Assembly: GCA_900128565.1 (NCBI GenBank)
Contig: LT635921.1
Location: forward strand, 1-51,668
Reading direction: 5' to 3'
Length of the DNA stretch: 51,668 nucleotides
Origin: Stramenopiles sp. TOSAG23-6
Lineage: Eukaryota
Each line of letters begins with the position of its first letter. Position 1 is the first letter of the stretch. The position numbers were made by a program, and so were the translations under genes. Positions 32,001 through 42,595 of the stretch are shown here, in pieces. The notes under the pieces are model-generated. The model saw only the letters and a program-made list of their open reading frames with translations. It had not been told where the DNA came from and made no database searches.

Positions 32001-33615
32001 CTCGAAGCTTCTGTCTAGCAGCCATTTTTTCTTTATTTAGTTGCCTCTCTCTTTGCATCTCTAACAAGCGACATTTTCGAAAATCGTTGTTTCCTTCACG
32101 CAAGCTTTCCTTTAGTTTGATATCATATTGCCGCTCTTTCTCTTCTTTCAATTTGATTTTTTTCATTTCCATTTTTTTTTTCTTTATCATTTCTTTAACA
32201 CGCATTGCTCTATCCTTACGCATCTTTGCTATTTTGGCAAGCTCGTCTGGTGAAGGAAGTTTTACTTTTTTAGTAGAAAGTATGTATGGCTTTGAATCTG
32301 TAGATTTAATGCATCCTTTATTTGGTGCTAATTTACATTTCTTCAAGTTATCACCAATATTACCACAAGGGTAGTATTGTGCGGGCCCAGGTGTCCGAGA
32401 TGCACGAGATATTTTTAAATCAATATCACTCATAGGATTGGATAAATTGAATTTTCCACCGGAGACATCACTGACAAAAGACTTCTTTGCATCATATGTG
32501 TGACCAGGTGCAGGTACTTCCCTCGCACGTTTTAATATCCAGTCTAAATCAGACATTTCAGGTTTTGGAACAATATCAGGTGCAAAACTACCACCTCTAA
32601 TATCAGAGACAAAACTTTTACTCTTACTGTAATCTGCGGGGCCAGGCGTTGAAGCTGCTCGTTTGATTAATATATCTGTGTCACTTAATGGTTTTGATAT
32701 ATTAAATTTACCACCAGATTGATTTAGAGTTGTTTGGATTTTCCCACATCCTCCAGGTGCTGGAGTATGTTTAGCTTCGGCAATGGAAATATCTAAATAA
32801 GATCTAGGTACAGAACAACTCCACGACCCACCCGAAATTGTTGTACAAGAAGGCGGCAGAGAATACGCTCCTGGGCCCGGTGTTGTAACTCGTGTGGGTT
32901 TCATTGCAACAGCTTTGTGTTTAGAAACATCTGCTGCATGTCGTCTTTTTTTACGTTCAACTTGACTTTGCATTTTTTTCACGCGAACTACTCTTATCTT
33001 TGCTTCCTTTAATCTATATTTACTTTCACGTTCTTTTCTTTGCTTTTGTACCAGTTCCTTCCGCCTTTGCATTCTTTGTTTATGAATTTTGTGTTTTTTT
33101 GACTGTTTTTTAAAAAGCTGTCTTTTTCGTTTTTGATCATTCTGAATTTGTTTTTTCTTTTTCTCTGCTAGATCTTTAATTTTCTTTGCATACAGTTTTT
33201 TCTCGTAGAGTAATTTTGCCTTATTATCTGCTTCTTTAATACGAATATCTCGCATTTGTCGAGCTACTACTTCAGACGCCTTATTTCCCAACGCGTTTGT
33301 CATTCTATATTTTTTTTTGTTGTGGCTCGGGTGTTTTTTTGTCTCTACTATATCAACACGTTTTTTCTTCTCAAATATAACAAGATTTCGCCTCTTTTCG
33401 TTCGCGTTGTTGAGGTGACTGCGTCGTTTCATGAGCAACTTCATTCTCTGTCTTGCATCACCGCCTGTACTCAATGTATCTTCAGCATTTATGCTGTTTT
33501 TTTTCTTTCCTCTGATGCTTGACTTTACTTTACTTTTCATTTGCTCTATCTGATGACTTCTCGTTTCAGGGTATGATCCATCATTCTTTGATGACGATTC
33601 TATTGGCACATACAT
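29035..33615 (-). CDS. PGP/SHIPPO-repeat (ODF3/STPG-like) flagellar protein; 4 exons 33615-31686, 31582-31133, 31029-30580, 30476-29035
   Basis: Many TPGPG[A/E/Q]Y...SGG[K/T][F/W] repeats; four ORF-track fragments join in frame once three identical 103-nt AT-rich inserts are removed. Confidence 0.88.
30477..30579 (-). other. 103-nt intron 3 of the SHIPPO gene, GTATTT...TTACAT
   Basis: Identical to introns 1 and 2. Confidence 0.75.
31030..31132 (-). other. 103-nt intron 2 of the SHIPPO gene, GTATTT...TTACAT (no adjacent AG)
   Basis: Identical to intron 1 but followed by CGGGGGCT, so no AG is available at the junction. Confidence 0.8.
31583..31685 (-). other. 103-nt intron 1 of the SHIPPO gene, GTATTT...TTACAT
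   Basis: Contains an in-frame stop and no internal AG; removal restores TPGPGAY. Confidence 0.75.
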
Positions 33616-33817
33616 TTTTGTAGTTTGGTATAATCACAGTGTAATTCGAATTGGTATACAGTAGGCTATACAGTTACGGATCAGATCGGTCATTTGTCAA
33701 CAGAAAAAACACGAAATCCAATAATGAATAAAAACGCGCCGTTTCACCTCGTTTCATGGAGCTTTTTTCGGCTACTTGTGGAGTCGTCTAGATACTACAA
33801 TATTTATTCTACTAGCC

Positions 33818-36800
33818 ATGAATGAAAGTAAAAAGAACCCCCCATCCAAGATGGAGGATGATAGCAAAACACTGGAAAATACCACTAACAAGGGGGATGA
33901 AACGAAGGTTTCTACACAAAAAGGACAAAGAGTGCGCAATGTACTTATTGGACCAACAGCTTTTAAAGAGAGAGATACGTCTGAAACATATGCGAGCTAT
34001 GCAACAAATTCGATATCTACTAGTAAATACTCAATGTTTTCATTCTTTCCGAAGTGTATATTCGATCAATTCAGAAAAGTTGCAAATTTCTATTTTTTAT
34101 TACAAACAACATTTATGGCAATAGGATACTATACAGATGTATTTGATAATAGCATCGATCCAGTAACTACAGGAATCACACTGGTAGGGGTAGTTGGTCT
34201 GGCTATGATCATGGAAGCGTTAGATGACATTGCAAGGCATAAACAAGATCGAATTACCAACAGTAGACTATCAAGTGTTATACCATGCCAAGGTGGAACA
34301 AAGGAAATGCACATACGATGGGATGAGATAAAAGTACTTGATTTCGTGGTCCTGAGAGTGAATGAAGCACTACCAGCTGATATGATCGTTCTTGCGACTG
34401 CTCATGAAGATGGACTGTGCTACGTTGAAACGAAGAATATTGATGGCGAAACAAATCTTAAAATACGAAAATCAAATCAAGGGGCACTAATGGTAGCCCG
34501 AGAAGGTATTGTGAAACCGAAGGAAAATACTGGACATGATATCTACGCTTCAGAACTTGAAAAAACAATTTCAAATGTTATTAATATGACAGGTAAACTT
34601 GAATATGAAACACCGAATAACAAAATCGACCAGTTTGGTGGTAAACTTGAAATAGGTGGGAAAGTGTATCCATGTGATTCAAAAACATTGTTACTTAGAG
34701 GATCAATATTGAGAAATACAACATGGGTTATTGGTTTGGTTGTCTTTACTGGAAGTGAGACAAAAGTGATCCAGAACACTAGGGAAACTCCAAGTAAAAT
34801 GTCACACCTACAACACACAGTAAATAGAGTATTGATTATTGTATTTCTCGCACAATTTACAATTATTACCTGTTGTGATTTATTGGTCATGAACTGGATG
34901 TCTGAGAATGTCAGAAATCCACCTACGAATGTCTGGTACTTATACCCAGTAGGTTCCACTGAGACAATGAACTCTATTCCACCTATACTTGCTTTCTGGT
35001 TTACATACTTTGTGTTATACTGTAATTTTATACCAATTTCATTGTATGTGACTTTAGAATTTTGCAATATGACAATGGCTAAATTCATTAATGCAGATAT
35101 GAAAATGTACAATAAGGAAATTGACGCCCTTGCTTTATGTCGTTCTACCAATTTAGTACAGGAACTTGGTCAAGTTGAATATATTTTCTCTGACAAGACA
35201 GGTACGCTGACACAAAATAAGATGCAGTTTAAGTGTTGCTTGACACGGGGAGTTGATATTATACAAGGTTTTGATGAAGTAGGCAATAATGATTCTGGGC
35301 CATTCAATCCTCAAGGTTTGAATGACATGCGTAAAAAGGGAGGAAATGATGCAAAAGAGTCTCAGGATTTTCTCACGATCATGTCCGTGTGTCATACATG
35401 TACATGCACAAAAGCAGAAGGAAAGCCTGAAGGAGAAGACGAATTTGTATATAATGCGGAGAGTCCAGATGAAAAAGCTCTAATTGAAGGCGCAGCTCTA
35501 GCTGGTCTGACTTTTATAAAGAGGGAAGCGAATGTAATTGTATTAAGAGATGATACTATGATGCCAGATGCTAAAGGTAAACGCTGCTGGCGTCGTTACC
35601 AAGTCCTTGCTGTTAATGAGTTTAATTCTACACGGAAACGTATGTCATGTGTTGTGAGGGTATTGCCAATTGCATTCACGGAAGACCCTCCCGCAAACAC
35701 GGACAAATCAGGAAAAATTTTGTTACTATGCAAAGGGGCAGATAGTTTCGTCATGGACCTAGCGGATAATGGAGATGGTTGGTCCTCCACGCATATGCCA
35801 ATGATGTGTAAACAGTTATCTCAGTGTGCTATCAAGGGTTTAAGAACTCTAGTAATGGCACAAAAGGAAGTATCGGAGAGTGAATGCAATACCTGGATAG
35901 AGAAATATAATGCAGCATTAAGTGCTATGGAAGGACGCAAAGAGAAATTAGCTGCCACAGCTGCCGAAATCGAGGTAAATATGCATATTGTAGGTGCATC
36001 TGCTATTGAGGATAAATTACAGGATGGTATTGCACCGTGTATTGCCAGTCTCCACGAGGCAGAGATTAAATTGTGGGTACTAACCGGTGATAAGATGGAA
36101 ACTGCAATTAATATTGGAAAGAGTACTGAGGTTCTTCAAAGTGGCATGCGGATCATTCCTTTTGATATGCCCGAATCATTACAACGAAACAGTAATACCC
36201 CTGAAGCCCAGCATTATGTTGAAGATCGGTTAAAAAAGTTAAATACGAGCATTGAAGTTGCAATTAAAAAATATGGAGATCCAAATGTAATGTCTGAAGC
36301 TCAAAAGAAACATATCCTAGATGTTAATAATAGAAATGGAAACTTCAAAGCTTTAAAATCAGAAGAAACTAAAGTTGAACAGCAGAATGATAATAGTATT
36401 CAGTGGCCTGATTTATTAAATTTAGCTTTAGTCATCACTGGACCGTGTTTGTCGCATATAATCGGAATGACTAATGAAGATGGCACGCCTTCACCCAAAT
36501 CCAATGCCATGGAATCATTACTTCGAAATATTGGTACCCGATGTGTTGTAGTCATTGGTTGTCGAGTGTCCCCATTACAAAAGGCTTTGGTTGTACGTTT
36601 AATCAAAGAGGGGGTTGCTTCTCAACCAATTTGTTTAGCAATTGGTGATGGTGCTAATGATGTCAGTATGATACAGGAAGCACACGTTGGGATTGGAATA
36701 AGAGGCCTTGAAGGTATGCAAGCCGTCAATTCGTCAGATTTTGCCATTGGGCAATTCAAATTCTTGACACGGCTTCTTCTTGTTCACGGCCGCTGGAACT

Positions 36801-39265
36801 ACAGGCGTTCGTGTAAGGTAATCTTATATACCTTTTACAAAAATATGGTTGTCACACTTTGTATCTTTTATTATTCATTTTATACAGGATTTTCTGGAAC
36901 TCTATTGTACGAGGAATGGGTATATACCCTTTTTAACTCAGTTTTTTGTGCTTATCCTATTATTGCAATTGGGATATTTGATCAAGATTTGGTACAAGAG
37001 ATTTCTGTTGCCCAACCGAAACTGTACATGACGGGGCTACTGAATTTAGATTTAAATAATTTAAAAATGACAGAAACTGTAGGACTTGCAATAGTTCACA
37101 GTATAATTGTATTTATGTTTCCTTTACTTGTTTTTAATGGTATGGAAGCAAATGGTATTGGGGGATTCTACTGTTTTGGCACAACTGTATATAGCTGCAT
37201 TATTATAACATGTAATCTACGTGCAGCATTGATTACCTATACGTGGAACTGGGTTTCGTTTGCACTGATGGCATTCACAATTGTAGGATATTTTGGATTT
37301 CTCCTTTTGTACTCCAATATGAATATTAATCCAGCATTTCACTACGTAGGACCAAAATTGTTACAGAACAGTCTCTTTTGGTGTCTAGTGCTTGCTGCTC
37401 CCGCAGCTGCATTGCTTTTCGACTTAATCACAGAATACTGCAGGCTAAATTTCTTCAGCGATCCGATTGACATTGCACGCAATGTTAAACAAAACCTTCC
37501 CATAGGCATTGAGGAAGTAAATAGAATTTCACAGGTTCAAGATCACAAGAGTAGTACTCCTGTTGAGTTGATGAAATATCACAAAGATCATCAGCAACAT
37601 CAAAGTTATTTTACATTAGCACATCTTCGATCAATGCTTGACAATCATAAGGTCATTCACAATTTGGAGAAAATTAAATATAGCAAAAGTATTTTTGACC
37701 ACATTCAATTGCTTAATACCATGAGACATCATAATGGTAACCCTCATATTCAAGCTCCAAAACCTGATCGCACACATATTAATTTAGATGTCCCACAGTT
37801 TGTCTATGATCATGCGGAGTCGCCACACACATCATATATTAGTAAATTTGTTCGAAAATGCGGGGTAAATAGTAAATCTCACAATAAAATTGAAACACAA
37901 AAAGTAGAAGCATCTATTCAGCATCATCATACATGTGCAAAGAAATTAAAAACACTTCAACCGGGTATAAATCATACATCCAAGTCTCAAACATCGAGGC
38001 TCTTAAATAGTAATTTTCTTCAACAGGAGTTAAATTCGGTAAGACTAATTTTGACAGTCAGGAAAATCAAGTATTTCATCCTTGCTATGGGTACACTATT
38101 CATCATACTGGGCACACTTGGATATATAGAGTCATCAAAGATATTCGTTGTCGCCGGAATTTATGGATGTCCAATTGAAAAAAATAAGAATGGCGATACA
38201 AATACTCGAACCAATCAGAAGTGTACTTTTCCATCCACTGCAAATGTGGTGGTTGATTCCTATACAATCAGAAATTATAGGCTAACCAGCAATTCAGAAG
38301 AACGAATGAATTCCAAGCAACCATCAAATGAGTGGATTCGTACAAATGAAAATTACAATCCCCCGGTTATCACAGATTCCAGTTTAAGAGAGATGGCAAA
38401 GGGTGAGAAACAGGTTCGATGTAATGAAGGAGAAACTTGCCAAATAACTTTTACAATCCCTGAAGATATGCCTTATCCAATCCAGGTATTTTACAACATT
38501 GATAATTTTTACCAAAATCATAATCGTTATGTTTTTGATCGGTGCGATGAACAATTATCAGGCGATCTTGATTTTAATGCGTGTAACAAGTGTACAGAAT
38601 ATGTAAAGACAAATATCAAGAGTGAAACATACAAACATGGAACTACTACTGAAATACCATATGCTGCTTGTGGTTTAATTGCCCAGAGTATGTTTAATGA
38701 TAAAATCAGTTTATTATCATCAAATGGTATCGACGAACCCTCTAACATCAACTTGGTAATGAATACAAAAGTTTCGTGGTCACAAGATGACGATTTCTTC
38801 AAAAACCCTACCAAGTATAATACCCACACAAAGCGCACAACTGTAAAACCAATGTACATTTGGCCACTTGGAACTAATTATGATGATATAGGTAAAATGA
38901 CTTCTTCAGTGGAACAAGACGGACAACCCAATGACAAAGGTGGTTTCGAGGACGACCGTTTCAAAGTCTGGATGCGGGTTGCAGCTTTCCCAAACTTTTC
39001 CAAGATACTTGGAATAATAGAAAAACCTGAGGATTACACTCTTGATTATTTGAAGAAAGGATCTATACTCACATTTGATGTCCAGTCTGAATTTGACACA
39101 ACATCATTTGATGGTTCGAAGTCTATTATAATTAGAAATAAGAATTGGTTTGGCCAAAATACGGGATTAGAACTGATACTTATTTTCTTTGGAGTCGCGT
39201 GCTTTGTAATTTCGTTCGGTTTAACAATAAGACCAAACGTAAAGATCAAACCTGTACCATTGTAG
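33818..39265 (+). CDS. P4-ATPase phospholipid flippase fused to a C-terminal CDC50/LEM3 beta-subunit
   Basis: NSISTSKYS, DGETNLK, IPISLYV, FSDKTGTLT, KGAD, TGDK and GDGANDVSMIQEA; then FLQQEL, YNIDNFYQNHNRY, CGLIAQSMFND, FKVWMRVAAFPNFSK, FDGSKSI...WFG and a terminal TM helix. Confidence 0.95.
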   Translation: MNESKKNPPSKMEDDSKTLENTTNKGDETKVSTQKGQRVRNVLIGPTAFKERDTSETYASYATNSISTSKYSMFSFFPKCIFDQFRKVANFYFLLQTTFMAIGYYTDVFDNSIDPVTTGITLVGVVGLAMIMEALDDIARHKQDRITNSRLSSVIPCQGGTKEMHIRWDEIKVLDFVVLRVNEALPADMIVLATAHEDGLCYVETKNIDGETNLKIRKSNQGALMVAREGIVKPKENTGHDIYASELEKTISNVINMTGKLEYETPNNKIDQFGGKLEIGGKVYPCDSKTLLLRGSILRNTTWVIGLVVFTGSETKVIQNTRETPSKMSHLQHTVNRVLIIVFLAQFTIITCCDLLVMNWMSENVRNPPTNVWYLYPVGSTETMNSIPPILAFWFTYFVLYCNFIPISLYVTLEFCNMTMAKFINADMKMYNKEIDALALCRSTNLVQELGQVEYIFSDKTGTLTQNKMQFKCCLTRGVDIIQGFDEVGNNDSGPFNPQGLNDMRKKGGNDAKESQDFLTIMSVCHTCTCTKAEGKPEGEDEFVYNAESPDEKALIEGAALAGLTFIKREANVIVLRDDTMMPDAKGKRCWRRYQVLAVNEFNSTRKRMSCVVRVLPIAFTEDPPANTDKSGKILLLCKGADSFVMDLADNGDGWSSTHMPMMCKQLSQCAIKGLRTLVMAQKEVSESECNTWIEKYNAALSAMEGRKEKLAATAAEIEVNMHIVGASAIEDKLQDGIAPCIASLHEAEIKLWVLTGDKMETAINIGKSTEVLQSGMRIIPFDMPESLQRNSNTPEAQHYVEDRLKKLNTSIEVAIKKYGDPNVMSEAQKKHILDVNNRNGNFKALKSEETKVEQQNDNSIQWPDLLNLALVITGPCLSHIIGMTNEDGTPSPKSNAMESLLRNIGTRCVVVIGCRVSPLQKALVVRLIKEGVASQPICLAIGDGANDVSMIQEAHVGIGIRGLEGMQAVNSSDFAIGQFKFLTRLLLVHGRWNYRRSCKVILYTFYKNMVVTLCIFYYSFYTGFSGTLLYEEWVYTLFNSVFCAYPIIAIGIFDQDLVQEISVAQPKLYMTGLLNLDLNNLKMTETVGLAIVHSIIVFMFPLLVFNGMEANGIGGFYCFGTTVYSCIIITCNLRAALITYTWNWVSFALMAFTIVGYFGFLLLYSNMNINPAFHYVGPKLLQNSLFWCLVLAAPAAALLFDLITEYCRLNFFSDPIDIARNVKQNLPIGIEEVNRISQVQDHKSSTPVELMKYHKDHQQHQSYFTLAHLRSMLDNHKVIHNLEKIKYSKSIFDHIQLLNTMRHHNGNPHIQAPKPDRTHINLDVPQFVYDHAESPHTSYISKFVRKCGVNSKSHNKIETQKVEASIQHHHTCAKKLKTLQPGINHTSKSQTSRLLNSNFLQQELNSVRLILTVRKIKYFILAMGTLFIILGTLGYIESSKIFVVAGIYGCPIEKNKNGDTNTRTNQKCTFPSTANVVVDSYTIRNYRLTSNSEERMNSKQPSNEWIRTNENYNPPVITDSSLREMAKGEKQVRCNEGETCQITFTIPEDMPYPIQVFYNIDNFYQNHNRYVFDRCDEQLSGDLDFNACNKCTEYVKTNIKSETYKHGTTTEIPYAACGLIAQSMFNDKISLLSSNGIDEPSNINLVMNTKVSWSQDDDFFKNPTKYNTHTKRTTVKPMYIWPLGTNYDDIGKMTSSVEQDGQPNDKGGFEDDRFKVWMRVAAFPNFSKILGIIEKPEDYTLDYLKKGSILTFDVQSEFDTTSFDGSKSIIIRNKNWFGQNTGLELILIFFGVACFVISFGLTIRPNVKIKPVPL

Positions 39266-39376
39266 TTTTGAAAAAATAATAAATCTTTAATTTACAAATG
39301 ACACCATATTTATTATTTTAAGATATGATTGAACTTCTAAATTTAGTATCTTGGAATTGAAATCACTAACACAAAA

Positions 39377-41005
39377 TTATTGATATTTCTTGGCACTCAT
39401 AAACTTTGAAAAGAAGCCTGCACTATCATGGCTAAAACCTCGTCTTGATGCTTCAGCAGCAAAGACTGCCATCATTGTACGAGTTTCTATTGAACTAGGT
39501 TGTAAAATAGCATTCATTCTCTGTTTTTTTGGAGGAATCTCCATGGTACCATCCATAACTAAGTTATTTCGTAGAGCATTTGTTACACCCATCATGTTTT
39601 GATTTTCATCGAAAAGACTTAAGTTATGTATATGCAAATTGCTCGTTTTGTATTTATGCAGATCGTTAACATATTCGTAGAAAGCTTCAATTTGTTCAGC
39701 ATATTTCGAAACGCTTGCACATCTATACTTATTACCACTATCATCATCATCATGATCATTCGAAGTTGTATGAATATTTCCATCACTATCCCTATTTGCA
39801 GCATATTCAATGTATTCATTGCAATCTACTATAAGTACAGGTAAAGCATCCACACATAAATGAGACTTTGACCCATCAATAAATCTAACACAACCTTTTA
39901 GAATATCTGGTATAGGAACGTGTAACACACTTTCACTTAGTATATCACAATTATCATGAGTAGTATTAGGTGCTAACCAACTTTCGTGATTTTCATGCAG
40001 TTTTGTTAAATATTCAAGAGAAACACCTGCTTCTTCTGATCTGCTGCGGATTTTAAGACGTTCATGACACGTTTCAGGTTCTGCTCTCAAGTAAATAAAT
40101 GCATCAGGTATTACTCCTGGAACTTGGGATACAACAGGATCAAACCAGGACTCATACAAGTTCATTTCTAGTGGAGTAAAACATTTTGTTTCAAACATAG
40201 CACGTACAAACACTAACCTATCACAAAATACAGATCGCTCCATAATACGAAGCGGTTTTTCGCCAATGACACTATTATAGGATTGCATCATACGCGTAAT
40301 AAAAACATATGTTTGAAATGCATAAGCATGTTTGACAGGGTCTTTGTAAAATGCATCTAATATATTCGTATCCTCTGACATATTTGAAGAACTTGCACGA
40401 TCAACAGAACTATTACTTCGACAGTCCTGCCATTTTGCAACAGGTTCAGGGACAACTTCAACTATGTCCTGTAGACGTAAATCACCAGCAATAATTTGCT
40501 GTAGAAAAGTTGTCTTACCAGAGCTAATATTACCTTCAACACAGAATGTCAATCGACGAGTTTTCGTGCCATGCAAACCTACCTGTGATCGAAGATCCAT
40601 TTCTCTTTGGGAAATATATGATGCTATCAACTTAGTCTCTTTGCTACAGCGTATACCCACAGTGTCACTTAGAAATGAAGCAAACTTCTCCTTGTTCCGA
40701 CTCATTGAATTAGAACAAAACTTTTCTAGGACAAGATGAATAGTGCCAAGGCCACCCAGAAGAAACAGACGCTCACTTTGTGGAGTTATTCCAGGAATTT
40801 TACGAAGGTCACTACTTCTCCAAGCAGTTTCGTATGCTACGTCTTCGTTTGCCAGTGTTTTCATTCGGGAGGGACTGCAATTAGTTGAAGTGGAGAAAAA
40901 AGACAGCGATGCCAAAGCAGTCGTCACTTTTCCACGCCGGTTAATAATCGGAAACCATGAACTTCCGAAACCTAGTCTAATAAATGTTGCTGGAATAATC
41001 ATCAT
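39377..41005 (-). CDS. Deoxynucleoside kinase (plant dNK-like) with an N-terminal BAF/HhH-like domain and an organellar presequence
   Basis: P-loop CVEGNISSGKTT, VPEPVAKW, LDAFY, ERSVFCDR.VF, PDAFIYLRA, R.RSEE.GVSLEYL..LH..HE.W. Confidence 0.92.
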   Translation of the reverse strand: MMIIPATFIRLGFGSSWFPIINRRGKVTTALASLSFFSTSTNCSPSRMKTLANEDVAYETAWRSSDLRKIPGITPQSERLFLLGGLGTIHLVLEKFCSNSMSRNKEKFASFLSDTVGIRCSKETKLIASYISQREMDLRSQVGLHGTKTRRLTFCVEGNISSGKTTFLQQIIAGDLRLQDIVEVVPEPVAKWQDCRSNSSVDRASSSNMSEDTNILDAFYKDPVKHAYAFQTYVFITRMMQSYNSVIGEKPLRIMERSVFCDRLVFVRAMFETKCFTPLEMNLYESWFDPVVSQVPGVIPDAFIYLRAEPETCHERLKIRSRSEEAGVSLEYLTKLHENHESWLAPNTTHDNCDILSESVLHVPIPDILKGCVRFIDGSKSHLCVDALPVLIVDCNEYIEYAANRDSDGNIHTTSNDHDDDDSGNKYRCASVSKYAEQIEAFYEYVNDLHKYKTSNLHIHNLSLFDENQNMMGVTNALRNNLVMDGTMEIPPKKQRMNAILQPSSIETRTMMAVFAAEASRRGFSHDSAGFFSKFMSAKKYQ

Positions 41006-41349
41006 ACGCAACTACAACACGATTAAGTAAGTGTTCCAAGTTGATTCTTGAGATTCTGCAAGGATTCTGAGCTGTCAAATCTCGGACCAAATCTCGTGGT
41101 CAAAATTCGATTTACTAGGACCTACATTTGATTTCGATCATGTGAACATCATTGATCTAGATCAAGAGAGTATATATATTTCATAACATATTTCATACGA
41201 ATAGAGCTCACTCAACGTACTGCCTAGAAACACCCAGCAAACTTACACCACTCAAAAATTGTAAGTAATATTACATCTAGTGTCATTGAATATTTACTTT
41301 ATAACTGTTTAAGAGTTGTATAGTTGCCCGTAATTAACAATTAAACGCA

Positions 41350-41904
41350 ATGCTTCTTAAAAAAATCGTCGTGTGTGTGTCTGCTACGATTTGCAGTTCA
41401 TTCTTGGTTGCTAAATATCTCCAACCCCCGGAGAATGTTCATTCTATCCTACTGTTTGACGGCGTCTGTAACCTTTGTAATACATTTGTGAATATAGTTG
41501 CGGATGGGGATTCAAAAAGAAATGTTAAATTTGGGGCACAGCAAAAACATATGGACCTACTAGACCGTTTAGGTGCCCCAAAAGACTTGTCCACAGTAGT
41601 GCTAGTTCAAGGTGATAAATATTGGACCCGGACGGCCGCAGTGATGAAAACATTTGCTTTGATGGACCCCATACCATGGCATATTTTGACAATATTCTAC
41701 TTACTACCCTCTCCGGTAGGCGATTTTTTTTATAAGCTTGTAGCGAAATATCGATATAAAGTTTTCGGTGTTTCAGACACGTGTCGTGTCCCTACGGAAA
41801 GTTTCAAAGGGCGTTTTATTGATGACATATCAGAAGAAGATAAAAATGAAGACATTGACGAGAATACTAGTTTTAATAAATCAATGATTAGAGAGGACCT
41901 ATAA
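41350..41904 (+). CDS. DCC1-like (DUF393/YuxK) thiol-disulfide oxidoreductase
   Basis: LLFDGVCNLCN (DxxCxxC) and YKLVAKYRYKVFG...C; hydrophobic N-terminus. Confidence 0.92.
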   Translation: MLLKKIVVCVSATICSSFLVAKYLQPPENVHSILLFDGVCNLCNTFVNIVADGDSKRNVKFGAQQKHMDLLDRLGAPKDLSTVVLVQGDKYWTRTAAVMKTFALMDPIPWHILTIFYLLPSPVGDFFYKLVAKYRYKVFGVSDTCRVPTESFKGRFIDDISEEDKNEDIDENTSFNKSMIREDL

Positions 41905-42043
41905 TGTTTTTATTAAAAATAAAAAAAACAGAATTCGCATTTTACACTCCAAAAAGTTGTTCGAAAGATACAATGACTATTTTTTACATATCATTTTCAT
42001 ACACAAACACATCAAAGTGAAAATATGCTTAAATATTATAAAA

Positions 42044-42120
42044 CATAAGATGCAGGAGTCGAACCCACAAATGATGATTTGGACCTTACACGAGTAATTC
42101 ATCATATAACCATTTCTTAT
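42044..42120 (-). ncRNA. tRNA-like element lacking a D-arm (possible pseudo-tRNA or Pol III RNA)
   Basis: B-box GGTTCGACTCC in a T-arm-like hairpin, ATAAGA/TCTTAT acceptor-like stem, ATGATGA/TCATCAT stem, followed by TTTT. Confidence 0.25.
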
Positions 42121-42517
42121 ACGACAGAAAATTAAAAGAACTGTCTAGTTCCAAATTTAAGGAACAGTCTGCTTCAATGGTAGACTTTTCAAAGAAGAGA
42201 ATGTCCAGTAATACTAAATAAGCAAATATCATATATACATGGATCATCAAACAACCTTACATAGTCTCGCAAAGAAGCACACACTGGAAAAGAACTAGGA
42301 AAGAATTAGGAAAGAAACAGGGAAAATATATAGAGGAGAAAGAAACACTGAGAAAACATATTTTGACACAGGATAACTCATCATTATCATGGATATACAC
42401 ACAATAGTTATATTGGATATACCCATGATAATCAAATGTCATCAAGTATATTAGATGGTAATATCTCCACAAAAAAAACGAAGAGCCATGAAGCACGTTA
42501 TTTTTTTTTTGAGGGAG

Positions 42518-42595
42518 TCAGACAATCGCACTAATTTTAACAAGGTGTACGAGCGCAAATTTCACCATAGGGTGTTGGGAATACGCCGTCATCAT
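42518..42595 (-). ncRNA. Candidate box C/D snoRNA (78 nt)
   Basis: Box C ATGATGA at 42595-42589 and box D CTGA at 42521-42518, GC-richer than the flanks, 38 nt downstream of a donor-like AAG|GTGCGT. No terminal stem and no target identified. Confidence 0.4.
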
